From a virus (lineage: Duplodnaviria; Caudoviricetes): a DNA stretch of 56,865 nt. Within the stretch, counting starts at the first letter, position 1, and each line of letters begins with the position of its first letter. Shown one piece after another: positions 38,045-45,265 of this stretch. The stretch covers positions 1 through 56,865 of IMG/VR virus record IMGVR_UViG_3300032304_002452; one strand, given 5' to 3'. Under the pieces are notes generated by a model. It was not told the origin of the DNA and did no database searches. It worked only from the letters and a program-made list of their open reading frames with translations. Position numbers and translations under genes: made by a program.

Positions 38045-38617
38045 TATTCTATTAAAGTTTCTAGGTGTATCATAATATTCTTTAGAGTTTATTATAAATT
38101 TTAATTTTTTACCAGTTCCGTATGTTATTGTATTTGGATCAATTTCATTAAATTTTGAAATATATTTCAAAATTTGAGGATGTGTCTTACATATAGAATT
38201 TTCAGAATTTACTTTTTGGGATGAACAAAAGTGACAATTTGTTCCTTTTAGTCTATTTCTTAGCGTTGTTTCATATTCAGAGTTGCATTTATCACATATC
38301 CATTTGTATTTATGTGTTTTCATGGCTCTTTCAATAGAAATGATATTTGTATTGCTCCATGATCTAATAATTTCATCTGGTATTTGGTGGTTTCTTATTT
38401 TAGATTCAATACTTACATTAAGATCCAGTTCCTTAAAATCTATTTTCAAAATTTGACATATTTTCAGTATCGACTCTTCGGTTGACTTTTTTGACGAATT
38501 TTTCTGTTTAATAATTACTACTCTACTACAATTGGGTAATTCTGGTAAGGGTTTAAGTAGGTTTCTTTTATAGTTCCACTCTTTGCATATTTCTGGATAT
38601 TTTTCTAAAAGATTCAT
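38021..38617 (-). CDS. Zinc-ribbon (DUF4379-like) endonuclease-associated protein
   Basis: YPEICKEWNYKRN, WICDKC..CHFC, HPQI repeats; no obvious nuclease domain. Confidence 0.55.
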   Translation of the reverse strand: MNLLEKYPEICKEWNYKRNLLKPLPELPNCSRVVIIKQKNSSKKSTEESILKICQILKIDFKELDLNVSIESKIRNHQIPDEIIRSWSNTNIISIERAMKTHKYKWICDKCNSEYETTLRNRLKGTNCHFCSSQKVNSENSICKTHPQILKYISKFNEIDPNTITYGTGKKLKFIINSKEYYDTPRNFNRILNRLDSD

Positions 38618-38632
38618 AATTTATATATTTCA

Positions 38633-40840
38633 TCAATCCAATCCCCAACCTTTACGAGCTTCTTGAATTCTTCTACTAGATGTTAGATGTCTTCTTTTAA
38701 CATCTAGTAGTTGTTTATAATCAACTCCCTCTGTATATTCAATTCTTTTTAAGACTTCATCAATTAGATTTTGTATTTCGGTGTTTTGTAAACCTGTAAA
38801 TAAATCCTCTACAATGCCCTTAAAGTCATTCTTACCATAAATTGCTGTTAAGTTTACAAGTGTCATTACTGTATCATCGTGTGATGAACCATCTGCTGCA
38901 TATCTAATGTTTCCAGCAGATGTTGTGTGTTTTATGAATGTTGTCATTTCTTGGATAGTTTCGTGTTCACTTACAATAATTGATCTATTGTGTAAACGGT
39001 CTTGATAATCTTTAACCATTAAGTTTTTATTTTCACCTACTTTCAGACCAATCTTTTCTTCTAAAGCATCAACTCTATGTTTAAATCGGAAAAATACACC
39101 GGATCCATAGTCATTATTTCCACCGAAAACATTTGGTAAGTGAGCTAGTAACTCATTGCCATAGGTATTCACCTCTAAAACCGATTTAACATTATCTGAA
39201 TTAAAATGTTCAAAAGATAAGAGATAGACTATTTCCGCCAAATCAGCCACAGATATAATATTACATCTGTAAATGCCAATCTGTTCTAATCTAACAAAAT
39301 CTAAAACATCTTTATAATTAGCTTTTTGTGAGTTTATTAAGTCAATTGGCTTAGGAACCATTTTGAAAATATTGATAACTGAGTAGTCTAATCCCAATCC
39401 TTCAGCAACATCAATAGATAAGACTATTTTGTAATCTTTTCTTAATTGTGAATTATAAACCGATTCATCGGTTGACCATTTTAGGTCTTGATATGAGAAT
39501 CTTAACTTTCTATCGAATTCGTCAATAGGTTTCCATTCAAATTGTTTTTTGTTTCTGGTTAATTCTTCAATAAGTGCCTCATCTAATAAGCTTCTAGATG
39601 AATTGATGAATCTTAAATCAAATTCTTGGTTGAAAGCTTCTTCACCACCAATATCTTTTATTGTTTCTTTTTTCCAAGTTGTAATCTCTGTGATTTGTGG
39701 TAGTTTTACTTCACCAATTGATTCTCTGATAATATCATCTTCAGAACAATCAACCGAATTGAATACATTAATAACCCATTTTTTCAATTCTTCGTTATAG
39801 TATAACTCTGAGTTGTTATTTGGAAATCTTTCTTTTAGATGATTTAAAACCTGTTCAGATGTTATATTGAATTCTTCTAACTTCTTAGTATTCAACCTAA
39901 TGTAAGTTACAAATCTTTTTGGTACTTGCCACCAATAAACTCTTTTAGCTACATAAGATGATTTCTCACCTTCTGGCTTTTCAGCTTCCATAAGTAGTTT
40001 ATGGAACAGATTAAATCCACTTGGTGTGGATGTTATGATAATTTTAGAGTTGTCAATGTTAGCAATGGTTGGGAAAACAGATTTATAGAACTTATCGGCA
40101 ATATTATCTGGTAGATAAGCAAACTCATCTAGATATAGAAAGTCAGCAGATTGTCCAATAGAAGCTGTTTTGGTTGTGGCAAATCCTTTAATTCTACTTT
40201 TGTTTTCAAAAACTCTAAATTTTTGGTTCCAGTTAAGAATACCTTGTTGAAGAAAAAAAGGTAGTCTTTGATATATCTCTCCGATTTTATCAAGTACTTC
40301 AACTGCGGTATCTAATTTATTGGCGGTTACAAGAACGTTTTTATTATTATTGAAAAGAACAAAGTGTAACATCATAATAGATGATGAGATGGTATTGTGT
40401 GATAATATACCGTTTGTGTAGTATCTATGGTTTATGTGATCTATTGATAAGTCAAACATAGATGATTTGAATTTATCTTTTTTAATAAGTAAAACCTTTT
40501 CTAATCCATTTGTCGTTTGTATTGATTGACCTACTTTCAGGTCCTTGACTCTTATTTGGCTAAATTTATCATCAAATACTAAGTGGTTGTCAGCGCAAAC
40601 TAATCTGTGTGTGTCTGTATTAAGAATATAATTTGTGTATGGTTGTGTTATATGAATCGAATCAACATTTTCAAATCCTGTGTCAGTTGATGTTCTATAT
40701 CCATCAATTGAAATAGAACTTAATATTTTTTTTGAGTCATCATTTTCGTCTAATTTAATATTTCTATATTCTATTTTTTCGATGACCTGAATACAAAATT
40801 TGAGAGTGTATATTATTATTGATTTAAAAAATTCAAACAT
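38633..40840 (-). CDS. terL: Terminase large subunit, C-terminal fragment preceded by C-intein
   Basis: 149 aa IntC ending NGILSHN then T; LYLDEFAY Walker B, ITSTPSG, FNQEF, IDVAEGLGLDYS, HDDTVM (gp17-like). Confidence 0.9.
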   Translation of the reverse strand: MFEFFKSIIIYTLKFCIQVIEKIEYRNIKLDENDDSKKILSSISIDGYRTSTDTGFENVDSIHITQPYTNYILNTDTHRLVCADNHLVFDDKFSQIRVKDLKVGQSIQTTNGLEKVLLIKKDKFKSSMFDLSIDHINHRYYTNGILSHNTISSSIMMLHFVLFNNNKNVLVTANKLDTAVEVLDKIGEIYQRLPFFLQQGILNWNQKFRVFENKSRIKGFATTKTASIGQSADFLYLDEFAYLPDNIADKFYKSVFPTIANIDNSKIIITSTPSGFNLFHKLLMEAEKPEGEKSSYVAKRVYWWQVPKRFVTYIRLNTKKLEEFNITSEQVLNHLKERFPNNNSELYYNEELKKWVINVFNSVDCSEDDIIRESIGEVKLPQITEITTWKKETIKDIGGEEAFNQEFDLRFINSSRSLLDEALIEELTRNKKQFEWKPIDEFDRKLRFSYQDLKWSTDESVYNSQLRKDYKIVLSIDVAEGLGLDYSVINIFKMVPKPIDLINSQKANYKDVLDFVRLEQIGIYRCNIISVADLAEIVYLLSFEHFNSDNVKSVLEVNTYGNELLAHLPNVFGGNNDYGSGVFFRFKHRVDALEEKIGLKVGENKNLMVKDYQDRLHNRSIIVSEHETIQEMTTFIKHTTSAGNIRYAADGSSHDDTVMTLVNLTAIYGKNDFKGIVEDLFTGLQNTEIQNLIDEVLKRIEYTEGVDYKQLLDVKRRHLTSSRRIQEARKGWGLD
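40394..40840 (-). mobile_element. Split intein C-fragment
   Basis: Block B CADNH, block F MFDLSI, block G YYTNGILSHN/T. Confidence 0.88.
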
Positions 40841-41805
40841 TTTTCTATTATTTCTTTTTTGTTCTTTTTGAATTCAGAATCCCAGATAACTAAAACTTTG
40901 AATCCCTCTTCTTCAGCAACTCTTATTTTCACGGCATCTTTTTCCCATATTTCTTTGGATGTAGGACCATTTTCTTTAAAAAATGGGTGTGGATAATCAT
41001 CTTCTTTAAATTTTTCTGGATTCGCATGAAAATAATCACCGTTGTATTCTATTATTTTCATTTCATTGATATCAACAAAGTCGTATGAGTAAAACTCCTT
41101 TCCTTTTATTGATAAAAAGTATTCTTTATTTTTTGTTGCAAAATATACTTTATTAAGTAATTCATTTTTTTGATATCCATTTAATACTTCATAAAATAAT
41201 TCTTGACTGATTCTTGAAAATCCACACTTCATATTTCCATTTTCCAATAGACTTTTTTGCCATTTAGATTGTCTTTCTGAGAATATTTTAATTCCCTCTT
41301 CTTCTCCATATTTATCTATACATTTTTCTAAATTAAATGTGGATTGTCTTTCTTTTCTTTTTATTAAAGACTCTTCTTCTGAGAATCCTCTATCCATCCA
41401 GTATGATAGTTGAGTGCTGTTGGATTTATATTTATTTATATTTGATATAAATAAATTTCTTTCATCGTCTGATTTCCAATTAATAAAATTTTTTGAAAAA
41501 GGACTTCTAGATTTTCTCTCTTCTTCTGTTGTCCTACTTTTATGATTTGGATTATTCTCACCAGAAAACATCTTTGAAAACATTTTTTTATAAACTTCAC
41601 TCTTCATGTGTTTTCCTGAGTTTTTAGAGGTTGATTTTAGATCTTCATTCGCCATTATGGGAGCATCAGGAAACATTTTTTTATATTCTTTTGTTGTTAT
41701 GTTTCCATGTTTGAATTTTAAATGTTTTCCGTATATCCTCTTACACTTTTCTCCACATATCCTACAAGTTACTAATTCATTATTATCTATTATTTCAAAA
41801 CTCAT
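40816..41805 (-). CDS. Free-standing Vsr/EDxHD-like homing endonuclease between the terL halves
   Basis: N-terminal CRICG..H..H; YDF..IIEYNGDYFH..KD..K..GFKVLVIWDSE. Confidence 0.8.
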   Translation of the reverse strand: MSFEIIDNNELVTCRICGEKCKRIYGKHLKFKHGNITTKEYKKMFPDAPIMANEDLKSTSKNSGKHMKSEVYKKMFSKMFSGENNPNHKSRTTEEERKSRSPFSKNFINWKSDDERNLFISNINKYKSNSTQLSYWMDRGFSEEESLIKRKERQSTFNLEKCIDKYGEEEGIKIFSERQSKWQKSLLENGNMKCGFSRISQELFYEVLNGYQKNELLNKVYFATKNKEYFLSIKGKEFYSYDFVDINEMKIIEYNGDYFHANPEKFKEDDYPHPFFKENGPTSKEIWEKDAVKIRVAEEEGFKVLVIWDSEFKKNKKEIIEKCLNFLNQ

Positions 41806-41827
41806 ATAAACTTTTTTATTTTATATA

Positions 41828-42004
41828 TTAAAACGATGGCTTCCCCTCAATCAGGAAAATAGTATCATATATTTTTATTTTAATCCTTTCTAATATTGAT
41901 AATTTTCTTTGTTGAGATATCATAAAATAGTACAATTTTCCTACCCTTGTGTAAATTTTTAATCCGTTTTTCTCTATCTCTATTATGGTATTAAAATTGG
42001 AGCA
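41828..42004 (-). mobile_element. Split intein N-fragment (58 aa)
   Basis: CSNFNTIIEI block A directly after the Walker A GK. Confidence 0.8.
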
Positions 42005-42340
42005 TTTACCTGTTTGTCTACTCGCCATTAGAATATTAAATCGGTTGTTAAAGAAGTTATCTAAGATTTCTTTTTGATAGTCTCTCAATCTTAATTGTAC
42101 AGGCTCACCTTTTTCACCTTTAACCCAACAGTATTTCTCAGCGAAATGGTGAATATCCATTTTACATTTTACATATTCGTCAATTTCAGTAGCTGACATT
42201 CGGAATGTTAACCCGGCTTTTCTTAGTCCAATTGTATTCTCATAGAAAGGATTTTCTATACGACTCAAAACAAAACCGTTATTAATCTTTTCAGAGGCTT
42301 CATCTATCATTTTTGTGTTCCAAATTATTTGTTTTGACAT
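41828..42340 (-). CDS. terL: Terminase large subunit, N-terminal fragment followed by N-intein
   Basis: Start MSKQIIW at 42340; EYVKC..HFAEKY, LRDYQ, ASRQTGK then intein Cys1. Confidence 0.88.
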   Translation of the reverse strand: MSKQIIWNTKMIDEASEKINNGFVLSRIENPFYENTIGLRKAGLTFRMSATEIDEYVKCKMDIHHFAEKYCWVKGEKGEPVQLRLRDYQKEILDNFFNNRFNILMASRQTGKCSNFNTIIEIEKNGLKIYTRVGKLYYFMISQQRKLSILERIKIKIYDTIFLIEGKPSF

Positions 42341-42399
42341 AAAGGAAATAAACTTTTTTATATATACTTTACATATATATACAAATACTACATTCACTT

Positions 42400-43026
42400 A
42401 TGGCAGGCACACAATCAAAACTAGAAAAAGAGAAAAGCAGATTAACTGATGAATTTGATTTAATTCAAGAGGAAAATAAAGAGTTTGATATCAGTCAACA
42501 TTTAGCTACAATAGATGATCTACCAGATTTGGGTCAAATTGAACTTTATGATTATGATGCAGACTTAACAATGGTTAGTCAAAAAGGTATGGAAGTACTT
42601 GAGTCATTGGTTGATTTATATCTAGGTGAGTTTCCGGAACTCAAACACAATGCCTATATCAGAAATAAAGTAAAAGAGGATTCACTTGTATATGCTGAAA
42701 CTCTTTTCTTACAGAAAATGACTCGCAAAAACTTTCTTTCTCAATTACGACAAGTTGATAATGGTGATAATTCAGCAAGAATGCACGAAGTTATTAATCA
42801 AACTATTAGAGAGGTGAGAGAAAACTCTAAATTTGCCTCTACAATGAGATCGGATTTAGAAAAATTCTATAAAGATTTCCGTGTTGATTTAATTGAAGTA
42901 GCTGATAAGATGAAACAAAACAATACACAATCTACTTCAAATGATTCAGAAGATGATGGTCAAGTGGTTGACTCTAAGAAATTGAATGATATGATTAACG
43001 AGGCACTTTTGAAAAAGAAAAGTTAA
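42400..43026 (+). CDS. Helical protein divergent from terL (possible terminase small subunit)
   Basis: Position next to terL; SARMHEV resembles the gp16-type R..EV motif. Confidence 0.4.
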   Translation: MAGTQSKLEKEKSRLTDEFDLIQEENKEFDISQHLATIDDLPDLGQIELYDYDADLTMVSQKGMEVLESLVDLYLGEFPELKHNAYIRNKVKEDSLVYAETLFLQKMTRKNFLSQLRQVDNGDNSARMHEVINQTIREVRENSKFASTMRSDLEKFYKDFRVDLIEVADKMKQNNTQSTSNDSEDDGQVVDSKKLNDMINEALLKKKS

Positions 43027-43858
43027 AACTTTCGAAATTTTTAATCACATTAGAATATTCTAACTGAACAATAGTTTCTAAAAATTTCTTGGATTTATTA
43101 TGAGTGTATTCTTTTACCACTAAAACATTTTCCATATTTTTAATCTTATCTTTAACTTTTAATTTAACATCTTTTTCAGTTTTCATTAAGAGAGATTCCA
43201 AAACATTATTTATTCTTTTGGATAACTCAATAGCTGATTTACTATCATCATAGAAGGTGATTTGAGTATAGTCTTTTATTTCCTCATTTACTATCTTATC
43301 CACTTCAGTTTTCAAACCAATGAGATGTTGTAGAATGAGTTTAACTTTAAGATGAGCAATATCATCTTCATTGCGATTCATAAATGTTTCGGATATATAA
43401 TAGAATTTTTTTATTTTTAAACCTTTTTCTTTTAAATCTTCCTCCAATTTTTGAATCTGTTTTTCGTAGTTTCTTTTATTATTCTTTGAACAGATGATAT
43501 AAATATCATCGTCGGTGTTAATTATTGAATTAAAGACAGATAGATCAATTTGAAAAGGTATATTCTCAATTAGTTGAGGATTAAGATACTCTTGCATTGA
43601 AATAGCAAGATTTGAAAGATCTGCTCTGTATTTTTTTGCTGATAATTTGACTTTATTCATAGCTTCAATAGAAAGCCAGAATGTTTTGCCGTTGAATTCT
43701 ATTTTATTATTTTGATTTCGATAGATTCCAGATTGAAATGTTTTGAAATCAGCAGGATCTATTTTCAAAATAGGAATATTAGGATTTTCCTTAGAAACAA
43801 TCCAAGGTTTCGATTCGGTTTTTAAAATTATATCTAAGTCTATAAAATGGGAATTCAT
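42995..43858 (-). CDS. HAD-like protein
   Basis: FIDLD N-terminal motif, ITFYDDS; C-terminal VIKNFESF. Confidence 0.5.
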   Translation of the reverse strand: MNSHFIDLDIILKTESKPWIVSKENPNIPILKIDPADFKTFQSGIYRNQNNKIEFNGKTFWLSIEAMNKVKLSAKKYRADLSNLAISMQEYLNPQLIENIPFQIDLSVFNSIINTDDDIYIICSKNNKRNYEKQIQKLEEDLKEKGLKIKKFYYISETFMNRNEDDIAHLKVKLILQHLIGLKTEVDKIVNEEIKDYTQITFYDDSKSAIELSKRINNVLESLLMKTEKDVKLKVKDKIKNMENVLVVKEYTHNKSKKFLETIVQLEYSNVIKNFESFNFSFSKVPR

Positions 43859-43871
43859 GATACTATATATT

Positions 43872-43901
43872 AAAAAACCCAGTCATTTTTGACTGGGTTT
43901 T
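43872..43901 (-). terminator. Intrinsic terminator
   Basis: aaaacccagtca-tttt-tgactgggtttt. Confidence 0.75.
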
Positions 43902-43904
43902 AAT

Positions 43905-44354
43905 TTAAGCTATTCCTTTTTCAATTGCGAAGTTGTAAAGTGTTACCAGATTCAAATATTTTAAGAATCCTGTTCTTACATCTTTTAGTGTTTTAGATTT
44001 TTTCAAGATTGAAATAATAATGATTCCAAATTCTTCTTGAAATTCTAGTTGTGATTCATACCAGTTTTTTTTGTAATTTTCACCGTCTCCCCATTCTTTA
44101 TCACCACCACTTAACCAATATAAACATTTTGAAGGATCGATATTATAGTAGTCAATGTCTGATATTTTTATATTCCAAATTTCATCATTCCATTTAGATT
44201 TTAATCTCATCAAAATTGCCACTGCTTCTGCTAAATCAGTTGTCAATTCCATACCTATTTCAAAGTAATAACCATTGTAGTCTTGGCTGATTTTAATCAT
44301 CTCAGATTCCCAAACATTATTAGGTCTCATTACAGATACTTTCTTCTTTTTCAT
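43905..44354 (-). CDS. Hypothetical protein
   Basis: 149 aa ORF. Confidence 0.6.
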   Translation of the reverse strand: MKKKKVSVMRPNNVWESEMIKISQDYNGYYFEIGMELTTDLAEAVAILMRLKSKWNDEIWNIKISDIDYYNIDPSKCLYWLSGGDKEWGDGENYKKNWYESQLEFQEEFGIIIISILKKSKTLKDVRTGFLKYLNLVTLYNFAIEKGIA

Positions 44355-44370
44355 GTTAATTGGTTGTTTT

Positions 44371-44670
44371 TTATATCCTTTCAGATTTTAAATTGATTCC
44401 CGATTGCCATTTTCCCTTGAAATTTCCATCCTCGAATATTCCGTTTATGAAATTTCCATAGAAATTACCGGATTTGAAAATGCCATATTCCCAGTCACCA
44501 GAGTAGAAATCTCCCGAATGCCAAATTAGAGTGTCATTTTTAATCTCTATTTGAGCATTCTCGATTTCAGAGTCTAAGAGCCAGTAAAACTTTTTCAGGA
44601 GTAATTGTTTATGAATTTCATTTTGTGATTTGATTGCCTTGCCATCAATCACTAGTTCGGAGTATCTCAT
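44371..44670 (-). CDS. Protein with (W/F)xxG pentapeptide-like repeats
   Basis: WHSGDFYSGDWEYGIFKSGNF.. Confidence 0.6.
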   Translation of the reverse strand: MRYSELVIDGKAIKSQNEIHKQLLLKKFYWLLDSEIENAQIEIKNDTLIWHSGDFYSGDWEYGIFKSGNFYGNFINGIFEDGNFKGKWQSGINLKSERI

Positions 44671-44756
44671 AATGGTTTAACCAAAATTATTATTACGTTA
44701 TATATTGAGGTCTCGAAACCGATTTGGAGAGAATGTGGATTTTTTTTAGAAAAAAT

Positions 44757-44784
44757 AAAAAACCCAACCTTTTGGGTTGGGTTT
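44757..44784 (-). terminator. Intrinsic terminator
   Basis: aaacccaacc-tttt-gggttgggttt with an A-run on the left. Confidence 0.7.
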
Positions 44785-44803
44785 GTCTTTACTTTTTAAA
44801 GAA

Positions 44804-45178
44804 TTATTTGGAATTATTCTCTAAAAAAGCTTTTTCATATCGATTAAGAGAGTTTAAACCTTTAGAACTAATTTTATCAAGAATTATGTCAATTGATAAT
44901 TCTCCAACCTCTCTGTTGTATTCTATTGACTTTAGATTTTTTAGAAAATCTGTGAATTCATCTTGAAGTTGAATTTTCTTTTTGTTGTCTTTATGTGTAT
45001 AAGCGATTATACTTTGAGTAGTCTTATCAAAAAAAACTTTTAAGTAGCCTTTTTCTTTGTGTTCAAAAATTTTCTGAGCACAAAAGTTAGTGATATTGTT
45101 ATCAAGTAGCACCTTTTCAACTTCAGATACACTATTGAATTTAGTTAAATGTAATGATATGATGTTATTGTAGTTCAT
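44804..45178 (-). CDS. Hypothetical protein with C-terminal DUF6576-like motif
   Basis: IDIILDKISSKGLNSLNRYEKAFL. Confidence 0.6.
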   Translation of the reverse strand: MNYNNIISLHLTKFNSVSEVEKVLLDNNITNFCAQKIFEHKEKGYLKVFFDKTTQSIIAYTHKDNKKKIQLQDEFTDFLKNLKSIEYNREVGELSIDIILDKISSKGLNSLNRYEKAFLENNSK

Positions 45179-45194
45179 ATGATGTTTGTTTAGT

Positions 45195-45202
45195 CAAATA
45201 TA
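45195..45202 (-). promoter_or_regulatory. Bacteroidetes-type -7 promoter box TATATTTG
   Basis: 16 nt upstream of ATG 45178. Confidence 0.55.
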
Positions 45203-45265
45203 CGGAATAATTTTCAAAAATGGAAAAATAATTTTAATATATATCATAAAAATACAATTCTTTTA

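Noticed and set aside
40816-41830. Group I intron interrupting terL
   Set aside because: Both flanks carry intein blocks and separate start/stop codons; no intron core structure seen.
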